DNA from: Tetramitus jugosus
Taxonomy: Eukaryota > Protista > Heterolobosea
DNA: 64,000 nt
Reading direction: 5' to 3'
Assembly: GCA_937625935.1 (NCBI GenBank)
Contig: OW569344.1
Span: forward strand, 1-64,000
The notes below the pieces were generated by a model. It made no database searches and had not been told where the DNA came from. It saw only the letters and a program-made list of their open reading frames with translations. The translations under genes were made by a program, and so were the position numbers. The number at the start of each line of letters is the position of its first letter. Positions within the stretch are counted from its first letter, which is position 1. Of this stretch, positions 45,211 through 57,053 are shown piece after piece.

Positions 45211-45927
45211 ATGAACCACATTGAACAAGCTCAACTCGACTCTGACTTGATGTACAGATTCCAATACGTCTGCAAATTTATGGACTTTGGTGAAAGTGAT
45301 ATCAAGGTCATCAAGGGAGCAGCTGGTGCCATTGCTCCACTCGTTCCAACTGTTGTCAACGCAGTGTATGACAAACTGTTCCAATTCGATGTGACTATGC
45401 AGTACTTTACTCTGAAGAATCAAGGATTTGAAGGCAAGGTCGAATCCAGTGTCAAGGATATCAATGTTTATCAATCATCACAGATCAAGTTCAGAAAGGA
45501 CATGCTCAGCAAGTATCTCGTAAAGTTGGTCACTGCTGAATATGATGAAAACTTTGTAAAGTATTTGGACTGGGTCGGTAAGATTCACACAAACAAGGGA
45601 GGAAGCAAGTCCATCAACGTTGAATACATGCACTGTAATGCTCTGTTTGGATATGTGCACGACTTTTTGTTGTCTGCCATTTGTGGATTGGGATTGCCAC
45701 ATGATGACATGAAGGCTGCCATCAGTGCATTCACAAAGCTGCTGTGGATCCAAAACGATCTCTTCACTAGACATTACATTCCAACAAAGACTGAACAAAA
45801 GCAGTATGATGATGCTGTTGCTCAGGTCAAAAACAACGGAAGCTCTCAAGGAAACAATTTAGTGAACTATGCTGTCGTGGTGGCTGTGACTGCAGTGGCC
45901 TGTGCTATTCTGATGAACAAATTCTAA
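45211..45927 (+). CDS. Protoglobin / globin-sensor protein with a C-terminal hydrophobic anchor
   Basis: RF.Y..KF.DF..SD...I, V.AVYDKLF.FD.T, YLDWVGKIHT, I.VEY.H.NAL.GY, AF.KLLWIQNDLF.RHY; tail YAVVVAVTAVACAIL. Confidence 0.9.
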   Translation: MNHIEQAQLDSDLMYRFQYVCKFMDFGESDIKVIKGAAGAIAPLVPTVVNAVYDKLFQFDVTMQYFTLKNQGFEGKVESSVKDINVYQSSQIKFRKDMLSKYLVKLVTAEYDENFVKYLDWVGKIHTNKGGSKSINVEYMHCNALFGYVHDFLLSAICGLGLPHDDMKAAISAFTKLLWIQNDLFTRHYIPTKTEQKQYDDAVAQVKNNGSSQGNNLVNYAVVVAVTAVACAILMNKF

Positions 45928-46088
45928 GCAATGTATTAAAACAACAAACTATTTTCCATTTACATCACGCGTTCTCTCTTTTCCACCACAACGTTGCGGT
46001 CAAAGACAAAAGCATCACTTCCTTTGCATTTATGCAGTGACAAGAGCAACCTTCTGCCTGCTTGTCAAAACAGAAGGCGAAGTAAAAA

Positions 46089-46207
46089 GCATACATTACT
46101 GAGGGTTCTCGAGTAGTCTCCTATCTCAATACTAACTCAGCCAGATGGTGCTTAACTTCTCTATTCGAAATGGGAAGAGGTGGTTCCACCATTGTATGAA
46201 CGTAGAC
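46089..46207 (-). rRNA. 5S rRNA, copy 1 (variant)
   Basis: 119-nt GUCUACGUUCAUAC...GAAGUUAAGC...UUAGUA...AAUGUAUGC followed by a T5 Pol III terminator; helix I pairing. Confidence 0.95.
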
Positions 46208-46613
46208 ATTAGAAATGTTTTTACACAGATTTTGGCCGTTTCGGCCGAAATTAGATGAGTCGTAACAAGTTGAGGGAGGGTTTCTTGAGGTGAGCGAACA
46301 TTTTTATTGGATGAACTATCCTTTCATTTTATTGACCTAAAACTGTAGATGAAGAAAAAAACCGGCAGCAGTTACAATCCAGCATGCTGACGTGTCTTTG
46401 CGTCATCGGCTACGGAAAAATGGCGGAAACAGCTGCGAAAATGATTAATACCCAGAATCAGGCCCGCTAAGCCAAAGACCAAGTGTTCTCATCACCACAA
46501 CCAATCATCACTGTGGGCACAAAAAAGCACTTCCGAACGAAATAATAAATCGATACCACCCGAACCAAACCTCAGTCAGTATCTATCAGCACTCACCAGA
46601 TCACCCATACCTG

Positions 46614-48443
46614 ATGATGACCAACAATCACAACAACAATACTCCATCATCATTGTCATTCACTCCATTGGAATCTCAGATTCCACCAACAACAACAACA
46701 ACAATCATGACAACAGATCCCATCCAGGCCAGAAAGAATCGTCTCAAGAACTGTTGTTTCTCTCTTGACAAAGAACTTGCCTCCACCACCACTACTCAAC
46801 AACCTGCTGTTGCGCACAGGAAGAACTCATCAAGTATTGATCTGAAAAACGAATTACCGTCATCATCATCATCATCATCAGTTGTTCTTCTTCCTCCCAC
46901 CACCTCACTCACCAATACAATTGTTCCTTCATCATTGAGTGCTTCTCTGATGATGACAACTACTCCTAGTACTCCTACTATTAGCTCTACTGTTGGATCA
47001 CCACCCAAGAGTGCACTGTTATTTGCTCATTATCACTCATCTCTACCAACAACAAGTACAAACACAACAACACCCATACAACAACAACAACAACAACAAC
47101 AATATCAGTTCAGTTCTTCTCCATCATCTTGCTCTAATACTATAAATCCGAATCATCATTGGACGAATCATAATGTGAATGTAGCTTCTTCTCTCATAAT
47201 ACCGCCACCATCAACAACAAGTGTATTTCCTCTCATGACTGCTGCACCAACTTGCACGACTTCAGCTCTAACGACTCCCCCTAGCATCACAACAAAATCA
47301 AAGAATACTACAGTAGCAACAGCAGCAGTATCAATTAAGAAGCAACAACAAGTTGATCACACTTCCACATCAACAACACCATCGTCAGTTATTCCCTCTC
47401 TGCCTGCTGCATCCATGATGATGATCACGCCGGCAACAATGATGCTCATGAACCACTCTCCATCATTATCACCGTCATCATTATCCTTAGAATCGAATCC
47501 ACATGCATCTGTATCATCTCAACCCATCACCACTCATCCTATGACTGTCACCACACACAACACCACTCATCATCACTGTACATTATCTCAACAACAACAA
47601 CAACAACTACAACAGAAGAAGCAGCGATCACCTACTGTGATTCCTAGCTCTATATTGCACAGTAACAACCATACTGTTACTGTTACTAATAATCAAAATC
47701 AAGTTGGAGTAGCGAACAATAAGAATAGTCGTGTCAATCCTAGTTCTACGAGTCACAATAGTAGTAGTAGTAGTAGTAATAGTTGTAATAATAATAATAG
47801 TAGTTCGACTCTTTCCCCTAGCTCTATCACTCTTCCTCCACCACTTGCTTCCAATGTGATCGCTCCTTGTTCTTCTCCCAGTGTCTCACAACCAAAATTA
47901 TCATCATCATTGTCACCTTCTCCCATAACAAGCTCCTCACCACCAATAACCTCAACAGCAGCTTCTGTTGCTACTACTACTACTAGTTCAAAAGCACAGA
48001 AACAACAGTCATCGTCATCTCCTCCTCCTCAAACAGACAATAGTCCAGAAGAGAAAAAGAGAAGGCGTCAAGTGCGCAACAGAGAAGCTGCACAAGCATC
48101 ACGCGAGCGAAAGAAACGGTACATTAGTGATCTGGAAAATCAGGTCTCATCCCTTCAAGAAAAACTGGCAGAGCTAACGAGAGAGAACTCGATGCTCAGG
48201 GCAGTGCTCATTGAAAACAATCAACGGCATCCTCATCAGGTGAATGATTTGAACATTGATGAAGTCATCTCCTCAGCTGGCAATGTGCGATGTCCATCCA
48301 TTGGTGGTGCCACTGAACAGGACAATAGTGGTGAAATTCGGGAAAGCAAGCGAATTAGACTCACAGAAACTGGTGAAGTCTCATCTCCAACAATCTCCAT
48401 GGGAGAGCGTGATGCATCTCCACCACCCTCTCCAGAGAAATGA
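46614..48443 (+). CDS. bZIP transcription factor with a long S/T/Q low-complexity N-terminus
   Basis: EKKRRRQVRNREAAQASRERKKRYISDLENQVSSLQEKLAELTRENSML. Confidence 0.92.
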   Translation: MMTNNHNNNTPSSLSFTPLESQIPPTTTTTIMTTDPIQARKNRLKNCCFSLDKELASTTTTQQPAVAHRKNSSSIDLKNELPSSSSSSSVVLLPPTTSLTNTIVPSSLSASLMMTTTPSTPTISSTVGSPPKSALLFAHYHSSLPTTSTNTTTPIQQQQQQQQYQFSSSPSSCSNTINPNHHWTNHNVNVASSLIIPPPSTTSVFPLMTAAPTCTTSALTTPPSITTKSKNTTVATAAVSIKKQQQVDHTSTSTTPSSVIPSLPAASMMMITPATMMLMNHSPSLSPSSLSLESNPHASVSSQPITTHPMTVTTHNTTHHHCTLSQQQQQQLQQKKQRSPTVIPSSILHSNNHTVTVTNNQNQVGVANNKNSRVNPSSTSHNSSSSSSNSCNNNNSSSTLSPSSITLPPPLASNVIAPCSSPSVSQPKLSSSLSPSPITSSSPPITSTAASVATTTTSSKAQKQQSSSSPPPQTDNSPEEKKRRRQVRNREAAQASRERKKRYISDLENQVSSLQEKLAELTRENSMLRAVLIENNQRHPHQVNDLNIDEVISSAGNVRCPSIGGATEQDNSGEIRESKRIRLTETGEVSSPTISMGERDASPPPSPEK

Positions 48444-48995
48444 ACATAATTGGTGCCAGTGTAAAGATGATAACTTGAATCTGAAGTATCTGCTGGCTAG
48501 TACATGTAGGACTAGTTGCATAGACCATCATAAACAGATCCTAGTTTACTTTTGTCAGTAACCAGTAGTGATCCACAACTTTGTACCTTCACAGAAAGAT
48601 CCATTCAAGAGTGAAAGTTCCCGGAAATGAATCGTGTGTAACGATCTATAGCTTTGGTTGAATGATTTCTCTCCACATTAAAGTTCGGCCTGCTTCAACA
48701 ACAGTATTCTCTACATCCCTCTTCTGCAACTGATTATCTAACTCTTCAATTCGGTGTTTTAATAGTTTGGTTCCGCTTCGTCGAGTGGGTTTTAGCTGGT
48801 ATTTTCGATATCCTTATCCAGTCCATTCTCAACTTCGAGACAACTTTCATGAATAGCTCAGTCCTCTCTTGATCCAATGCAGTTGAAATTTGTCAAGATA
48901 GTCGACAAAATGTTTTTTGTTGAACAAGAAGAGACTCTAAACTTAAGAATGGGTCCAATAGACATTTTTTAATAAGAGAAAGAAAATTAGAAAAT

Positions 48996-49674
48996 TTAAC
49001 CACCCTTGGTCTTGAAACCTCTGGAGGATCTTCTACCTCTTGCCTTTTCGAATTGCAAGCCCTTAGCTCTGACGAATGGCTTAGCATGAGATCCGATAGC
49101 ACCAGGAGTACCGAAGTGCTTCTTGGATTCAGTGTTGTAGTTACCTCTCATCAATACAGTTCCCTTACCTTCTGGAGCGATTTGAGCCAATTGGTCGAAA
49201 GTATAAACCTTTCCTCCGGTAGCTTCAATTCTAGCTCTGACGGTCTCGGAGACTCTCAAGGCAGCAATTTGCAAACCAGCTGGGACTTCCAACATTCTGT
49301 TGTCGTTTGTGACGGTACCAACAATAACAGCGATAACCTTCTTGGCGTCTCTGCCGTCCAAATTCTTAACGAGTCTTCTAAGAGTTATTGGTCTTTGGTT
49401 TCTTCTGGATTGAGCAAGTCTCTTCATGATCAACTTGTTGAATGGAGAAGCGGTCTTTCTGCTCAAATAAGCATAAAGCTTAACTAGAAGACGCAAGTAT
49501 GTGTTTTGCGACTTTGGTTGTGTTCTAACTGCACGTCTTTGACGGTGGCTACTTGGAATGTCAACACCCTAAATTATTTGTAATAAAATGTGTCAGAAAT
49601 GAGCTGAGATGCTACATTCAAATTTGCATGTGCTTCCAATCGGAGCACAACAATAAATACGGATGACAAACCAT
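48996..49674 (-). CDS. RPL18: 60S ribosomal protein L18 (eL18); exon 1 is the ATG only
   Basis: Spliced product MGVDIPSSHRQRRAVRTQPKSQNTYLRLLVKLY...FEKARGRRSSRGFK; intron 49569-49671 (GTTTGT...TTAG). Confidence 0.95.
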
Positions 49675-50055
49675 TGTTGTTTATTATGACCTGTTTTGAT
49701 GATGCTGTTGTTTGTTGTTTTGTGTTTTTCGTGTTTTCCCAAAATTTTCATCAGGTTGACTGGTTGACCCGTGTGATTGAAACTTCAATGTTGAACATTC
49801 AATCAACAAATATTTTTTGCTTTTGCCGAGAGAGTTTGTTTGGATTATGAGGTATGGATCCATATGACCTTCCATTTGCAGCTTTAGTTATCATGTGGAC
49901 TCTTGGGGACTCTTGGAATCAATGATGACATGATGACGTTCATGCTTCGTTGCTTGGCATACATGAAAAAGAAAAAATCCACACAAATAAATAATCCGCC
50001 AAATCATCAACAACTTCACTCTCGTTGAATCAATTAATTGTTCACTGCATCTATA

Positions 50056-50486
50056 ATGTCATTCATTTTCAGAACTGCAAGCATCCGTTCAGTTGCATCA
50101 CTCACCTCACGCAGAAGCATCATCTCCAGCAGCAGAGGACCAACAAGCTCCCTCTCTGCCGCCAATTTCAGCACGCAACAACAATCCAATGCATCCTTCA
50201 TAACAGGTTCACGGTCTCAATCATCCTCTCTTTTGAACAACAATAGCAACAATTCAAGGTATGACGATTGCAGTGTGCATGTAATCATGATGCGAAAGCA
50301 GCACCATATTCATATTTCTCACACACACATGACATCTTCTTTTTCTATTTGTATTATTATCACCGTGGAATATGTAGCAATGGTAATCGTGCAACAGATC
50401 TCATGAAATCCATCAACAACAACAATACACACAAGCACTTAATTTTGCAGTTGGCTGCATTGACAGAAGACGATGATGGTGTATAA
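50056..50486 (+). CDS. ~103-aa protein with mitochondrial-presequence-like composition and acidic C-terminus (EDDDGV), 2 exons
   Basis: Intron 50259-50377 (gtatga...tag) joins ORFs 50038 and 50268 in frame; R/S-rich N-terminus without acidic residues. Confidence 0.65.
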
Positions 50487-51193
50487 CCAACAACAACAAC
50501 AAAAACAAGAATGGAGGGGTTGAAGTTTTCACTGGAACAATTAGCGATTCTTTCATCGTCGATAGATAGGAGTGTTTATGAAAGGCCTTTTATGGTTGCA
50601 ATGGTTGCTTCGCAATATATCGCACAAGAAAACTATAATTCAACAACAATTGCAGCCTGACACATGTGACATACGCACATCTAAACTCGAGGATGAATTG
50701 ATGTAATTTTTTTGGAGAATGATACCTCTTTATTTTCAACCATACGTGCATTTTGACCTATCATATGAACCAGAGAAGGATAGAGTTGGCATCAAACATT
50801 ATATTTTCTATTCTCCTTTTGATATCATTTGAGAAGCAACATGCACACCATTATATTGTTATCAGATTGATGATTGATGAACTATTCACACAATAAACCT
50901 ATTCCACTTATTCATTCACAACAGTATTGTGATGATTTTTTGTTCTGACCTTATTCTTTGTCGTGATGTTGATGACCGGGGTCGAAAGGTCGAACAGAAC
51001 AAAAATGACAGGGGAAGTGCGAACCCAGAATCGTAAAATCTCCAGCCAACAACACCACACAGAAAAAACCCCAACCAACAAAAACAGACAACAACCCTTG
51101 TGAGGAAGAGACTATTCGTTTTCCCCCCCTTTGTCAAACAAACAACAACAACAAAAAACAAACAAATCATCAACTGATAGATTACACATAATC

Positions 51194-52744
51194 ATGCCAA
51201 AGAGAGTTGAAAAATATCAGCTAGGAAAGACATTGGGTCGTGGAACTTTTAGCAAAGTCAAGTATGCCATTGACACCACCACTAACAAGGCCTATGCCGT
51301 TAAGATTGTTGATAGAAAGATGATTAGAAAGGAGAATATGGAGGCCCAACTCAAGAGAGAAATTGCCATCATGAAGATTTTGAAGCAGGATCACGTTGTT
51401 GGAATGAGAGAGGTGTTACAGAGCAGCAAGCACATTTATATCGTGTTGGAGTTGGTCACTGGTGGTGAATTGTTCGATCGTATTGTACAGGCCAAGAGAT
51501 TTACTGAAGACGTTGCCAGAAAATTCTTCCAGCAGTTGATTACAGGCATTCACTATTGTCACAGTCAAGGAATTGCTCATCGTGATTTGAAGCCAGGTAT
51601 GTTTTCAATGTTTTTTTGCCATTTTTTTTGAAAGGGAACCATGAGCAGCAAAGATTGTTTGGTGTTTGTTCAATGTGTTATGTGATTGTGTTTGGTGGTG
51701 CACAAGTGTACACGTACAGTCATTTCAGCACACAACAACAGCAGCAGTTGTCGATGGCATCCTTTGTGTTTTTGTGTGAATCAATTGTGAGTACAAGGAA
51801 TGTCTGAATATTCACACGCATGCATGCAACAAATAGAAAATTTGCTATTGGATGAGAATGACGATTTGAAGATTTCTGATTTCGGTTTGTCTGCTTTGAG
51901 CAGTGCCAGTGACGGAAGACAAAAGATGTTGATGACTACTTGCGGTACGCCTAATTATGTTGCTCCAGAAGTGTTGCAAGAGAAGGGATACAATGGAAAA
52001 ACAGCTGATGTTTGGTCATGTGGTGTTATTCTCTACGTTATGCTCGCTGGTTTCTTGCCATTCGAGGATGAGACAATGAATGGTCTGTTTGCAAAGATTG
52101 AGACTGGTATCTTCTCTTACCCTAGCCACTTCTCTGCTGATGCCAAGAACTTGATTAGTAGAATGTTGGTTGTTGATCCAAACAAGCGTATCTCTGTGGA
52201 TGACATTATGGCTCACCCATGGTTCAAGAAGGGCTACGTACCATCTACTCAACAAGCTGTCAAGAAGGTTGAAGTCAGCGAGCACATGATTGATAATGCA
52301 GTGTCTGAGACAAAGGAACAAGAACCTACTGCATCCGATCACAGTCAACCAGCTCAAAAGATTAAGCAACTCAATGCGTTTGATTTGGCTAGTGCCCTCA
52401 TGAGTGGTACCATGAATCAATTGGTCAGCTCTGAGAAGGTTAGTATTCGTCGTGAGACACGATTCATGGCTCAAGGAGCTGCATCTGTTGTATTAACTGC
52501 TATGGAAAAGATTCTCGTTCAAATGGGTGCGCACCCTAGTGAAAAGAATGGTGAATTGAAGTGCTTCTTGTCACAAAATGCTCAAGTACTCACATTTAGC
52601 ATTGGTGTGTCTGAAACAAGCGGCGGATTCAGTTTGGTGGAAGTTCGTAGAGGTAAGGGAGACATTCTCGAGTTTAACACCTTCTACAGAAAGTTTGTAA
52701 ATGAACTAGGCTCTGTCGTTGTCTCCCAAAAACCAAAGGAATAA
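51194..52744 (+). CDS. CIPK: CBL-interacting (CIPK/SnRK3-like) Ser/Thr kinase, 2 exons
   Basis: LGRGTFSKVK, HRDLKP|EN, DFG, TTCGTPNYVAPE; NAF motif QLNAFDL and ETRF; intron 51597-51836. Confidence 0.9.
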
Positions 52745-52835
52745 ATAATGACGCAACCGCCAAAAATTGATTACAGCAAGTTTTTCATCTGATTTGTTAG
52801 CGGCGGAGTCAAGAGCTCACAAGTCGAAGGAAACA

Positions 52836-55127
52836 ATGAACTATGGAGCGGACATGGGCTCTATGCCTCCACCAAACCTGTATCGATCAGGTCCATCATT
52901 TGTAAGTGTATTGGATCAAGTTGTTTCATTTGTGTGTTCATTTGTGGGAAGAACCATTTAAGAAAGATTTTCGAGCTGAGAAGAAAACTAACATGATGAA
53001 CCAACGAACTGTTTATGTGGTGATAACAAATATTGATAGCAAAAAGTGTCCGATTATCAAAATATGTTTGCAGAGAATCCTCATCATCCTTCCTACTCAT
53101 ACAAGTTTTCTCAATCGTACCTGCCTTTGCCTGGTAGACAACCACTCTACTTTCCACCTACCACTCTGGTGAAAAGTGGAAGAGGAGATAAAAACGTGGA
53201 CATTAAAGTTGCAGGAAGTGATCGGTACAAGTTCTTTAAACGACCCCTTGTGGCCAATTTTGAGTTGGAGACACCTGATGTAGTTGGATCACTGTACAGA
53301 GGAACAGACAATGGAGGAGATTATGTACACTCTCATTACTCCCAAGCAAACCATAACAAGCAACATGTTACTTGTAACTCCTCCATACCATCTCAGTCAT
53401 TCGAATCTGAGAGAGAAGAAGATTATCAGGGTTATGTCCGAGATGCATGGACCCAATCGGATTACAGAGAAAATGAAGTTCAAACCGAACCTTTTACGCC
53501 TGAATATGTATTATCCTCTGACGAATCAAATCCTGAGGTATTGGCAATGACTGAGATTACATTCAATGATGGAAGAAATGGAGGTCATATTGGAATGGAG
53601 GAGCTCAAAATAATAGATCGTGTGAGGAGAAGAAGACGAGTTGAGGCTGAATTACCAATGGGTACCGATAAAGAAGCGTTTGATCAGAGAGTTAAGATGC
53701 TCAAGAAATTGGAGATGCAGGAGTGGAATGAGCGAGAACAAGAGATTGCACAAGAACAAAACGAGAGATTAGACATGATTCGAACAATTTTGGAAAATAG
53801 GGAGCTCGAGAAGGAGCTTCAGAATAAGAAAAGAATCGAAGATAGGCGACAACAAATAGAGCAAGATGTTAACAGAAAGATGGTCAAGTTTGAAAAGCGG
53901 AGACAAAAGCATATAAGGAAGATTACAAAAAAGTTTGATAATCCTGAGATGAGATTAAATAAGCGGGATGTACTTCAAGAGTATACATTCTTTGGCTCCA
54001 AAACCTACGCACCTCCACCCAGAGAGGGACGAATAACAGATTTGAACCCAATTGCATATGAAATTAGACCTGCGCTCCTGACAGATCCAATGGGTATTGA
54101 GCAGGTGGAGCAGAGACAGATATCAAAGATGATGGATCAAGGAACTCAGATTGATAAACCATTGCTCAATCAGAAGCCAGTTAACTCAAAGGAACGAAAA
54201 GTATTGGAAATACATAAGCACATTGAGAATGCTAGGCGACAAGTAGAAATTGAGAAGAATCAGATTGACTTGCGGGCAGAAAAACTTCAACAATTGCATG
54301 ATATATACAAAGCTCCCCCAAAGGTCGTCAGACCACCTACTCCTCAACTTTATGACTCTGATGACGAAAACGACCAAGAAGAGGACTCTCACAACTCTGC
54401 TATTCTACTACAACGGTTATTGAGAGGAAGAGCCGTTCAATGTGAGTTTGACGAAGGTAAGGAGAGGAGTTTATCTCTTATCCGAGAGCTTCAAGGAGTG
54501 GAAGAAGCAAAGGATAAGGAGCGAGTTGCGAGGAGGAAGCTAGGGGAGTCTCCTGTGCAAACACAAGGTCGGGAGCAAGAGAAGAATTATAAAGGAACGG
54601 AGATGGTATCAACAACTCATTTATCATCAGTCATTGATGCAATCCAAGGAAAACTTGTATCGAGTGCTCTCGACTATCTAGCCAAGGAATTGATTAGAGC
54701 AAGGGAGATGAAGAAAATTCATTCATGGGCACAGGAGGCCGAGGAGGAGAGATACCATAGAGAACAAGAAGAATTGGAGAGAAGAAGAACTGAGGAATTG
54801 GAGAGAAAGGAGAGAGAAGAAAGATTCAATTTGACAATAGGAACATACCATGAGACAAGTGAAGCTTATTTGTACGATATTATGAATGAAGCTGTGCTGT
54901 CACATGCAAGAGAGAAGGCAATGAAGAAGGTGCAAGAATTATCGGAACGAACGAGGGAAAGGACGAAAGAGATGGACGACGAGGCAGAAATTAGAGAAGT
55001 AGTCGCTCTATTCCTGATACCACATGTTCAAAGAGATCTATTGCGGAAGAAGGCTGAATTGGAGCAAGCCAAGGTAGTCAAAGCAGTGCACGATATCCTT
55101 ACCAACACGAAATATAGCCTAATGTAA
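52836..55127 (+). CDS. CFAP91: Cilia- and flagella-associated protein 91, 2 exons
   Basis: V.G.DRYKFFKRP, TQSDYRENEVQTEPFTPEY, RPPTP, LLQRLLRGRAVQ..GKE and LDYL.KEL.R; intron 52902-53039. Confidence 0.9.
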
Positions 55128-55157
55128 ATATAGCATTTTGTATCATCTACTCGCGCT

Positions 55158-56879
55158 TTATTCCTCTTGCGTAAACACGCTCTCCTTATTCAGATGAGCT
55201 GTGGATTCGAGCAGGTGCCCTAGACTCGAGTTCATTCTCTCTAAGTTGACATCTGGAAAACAGTTGTGCAGCCAAAACGGCAGGTCACTCTTCACGTTCC
55301 AAACACCTGGATTGATATACACCCATGAGTGCAAGTACAAATAGAGCTCGTGTGGTTCAACTGGATGAATACTCTCTTCGATGCACTCCTTGCACATTGG
55401 ATCATATGTTGGTGGTGGTGGTGATGAGGTAGAAGCAGGAGTTGCATCAACATTCTCGCTTGTCGAGGCTTCTTTCTGATTCTCTTCTTCGCGATTCTCA
55501 TGCGTCGATTGTTCATTCGTTTGATTACTCTTGTCAGAACGTTTCTCATATTCCTTATGAACACGTTGCTTTCTATTTCTATTCTCCTTGATATTCGCAT
55601 TGCCAGTCTCCACTTGCACAGTCTTAAAATCAATTGTCTCAACGCCTGGCATCTCAGACTGCACAGACAGACCATCACCACCATTTTCACTCGTCTTTTG
55701 TCTCTTTGCCGCGCTATTCTGCTTTGTTTCTTCAATTTTACGTTTCCGATCCGTTCTCACTCGTTCTGCATCGAATCCATAGCATGGATCATTTGCAATC
55801 GGATGACCCAGAGATTGGAGATGCACTCGGATCTGATGCGTTCTGCCTGTAATCGGCCTGCACAACAACAATGATAAATCATTGACTGGATCATAGGCAA
55901 CCAATGAGAAGCATGTCTTGGCAGTGTACTTTCCCATGGTGTCATTTGCTTCCCAGATGCCACATCTCCTGTCTTTTGCCCAAATTTTCGTATCGCACTC
56001 ATACACTTTATTCTCTGTCATTTGGTCACCATTCACACCGGTATCTCTACTACTACTACTACTACTGCTCGTATCATCATTCGAATTTGCACTATGATCG
56101 GAAAGGGACCATTTTCCACTCACAATAGCGACATACACCTTCTTAATCTCATTTCTAGTCATTTGAGCAGTCAATTGCTGAGAATACTCCTTTGTTTTAC
56201 TAATGATCAATATACCTGACGTAATTCTATCCAATCTATGAATTGGATACAGTTCACCTTCATTTTGCTCATCACCATCATCATCATTACTCTTACCATC
56301 ATCACTCTTATTCTTGCGACTTACCATGATTGACTCATTTTGCAACAAGTATGTCAAGGAATTTTTTCGATATCGACCACATGGGTGAACAGGCAGAGAA
56401 GCAGGTTTATCAACCACAATGATACCCTCATTGTCGCATGGTATGATGTTGACTGAAGTGTTGAGAATGGGTAGTTCATGTCGGTGCAATCGATGACACA
56501 GCAGTTCATTGGGCCGTATGACTCGATCCGCTGTAATTTTTTGACCGTTGATAGTTATCCTTGAAAGTTCAATGGCGCGTCGGACATATTCGTCGGTGTA
56601 ATAGGAAAATTCTTTGAGGTACATTTGGAGGGCGGTCATGCCGACCCAGCGTCCCTTTGCGTGGGACTTGTAGTCAAAGTAGTATGGTTTCACGTAGCGC
56701 AGACCATGTTTGAAATAAAAATCTTTGGTTTCAGTGTCGTCACTGTGTTGTGGAATGATGCATGTCTCGGTTGACTGTTGTTGAAGTTGAGCATCCTCAG
56801 TTTTATGATCAGTACGGATCATTGTTGTTGCTGGTGTGCTTGTTTGTTGTTGTTGATCTTGCTTGTTTGATGTGTTCAT
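55158..56879 (-). CDS. RluA-family pseudouridine synthase (RPUSD2/Pus8-9-like)
   Basis: GLRYVKPYY, KGRW, DKP.SLPVHPCGRY, catalytic HRLDR.TSG, TGRTHQIRVHL..LGHPIAND. Confidence 0.93.
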   Translation of the reverse strand: MNTSNKQDQQQQTSTPATTMIRTDHKTEDAQLQQQSTETCIIPQHSDDTETKDFYFKHGLRYVKPYYFDYKSHAKGRWVGMTALQMYLKEFSYYTDEYVRRAIELSRITINGQKITADRVIRPNELLCHRLHRHELPILNTSVNIIPCDNEGIIVVDKPASLPVHPCGRYRKNSLTYLLQNESIMVSRKNKSDDGKSNDDDGDEQNEGELYPIHRLDRITSGILIISKTKEYSQQLTAQMTRNEIKKVYVAIVSGKWSLSDHSANSNDDTSSSSSSSRDTGVNGDQMTENKVYECDTKIWAKDRRCGIWEANDTMGKYTAKTCFSLVAYDPVNDLSLLLCRPITGRTHQIRVHLQSLGHPIANDPCYGFDAERVRTDRKRKIEETKQNSAAKRQKTSENGGDGLSVQSEMPGVETIDFKTVQVETGNANIKENRNRKQRVHKEYEKRSDKSNQTNEQSTHENREEENQKEASTSENVDATPASTSSPPPPTYDPMCKECIEESIHPVEPHELYLYLHSWVYINPGVWNVKSDLPFWLHNCFPDVNLERMNSSLGHLLESTAHLNKESVFTQEE

Positions 56880-57053
56880 TTGTTTTTTTGTTGTGTTGGC
56901 GATGGTTCGAAGCAGGGAACGAAATGGTGAAACATAACCGCAAAGATACAATCTTGAGATGCTTTCTTTTCCTCTTCTCATTGTGTTTCTCAAAACACAA
57001 TGCTTCTCTGTGACAAAGCAACACCGATTTCACAAAACAAGGTGAAGTAAAAA

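Noticed and set aside
48180-48561. IRE1-type unconventional intron in the bZIP (HAC1/XBP1/bZIP60-like), suggested by the overlapping +1 ORF 48256-48561
   Set aside because: No pair of stem-loops with CNG|CNG loops found; the candidate loops (cagctgg, ctgaagt, ctgctgg) lack stems.
50868-50948. Box C/D snoRNA (tgatga...ctga)
   Set aside because: AT-rich region with imperfect boxes and no convincing guide or terminal stem.
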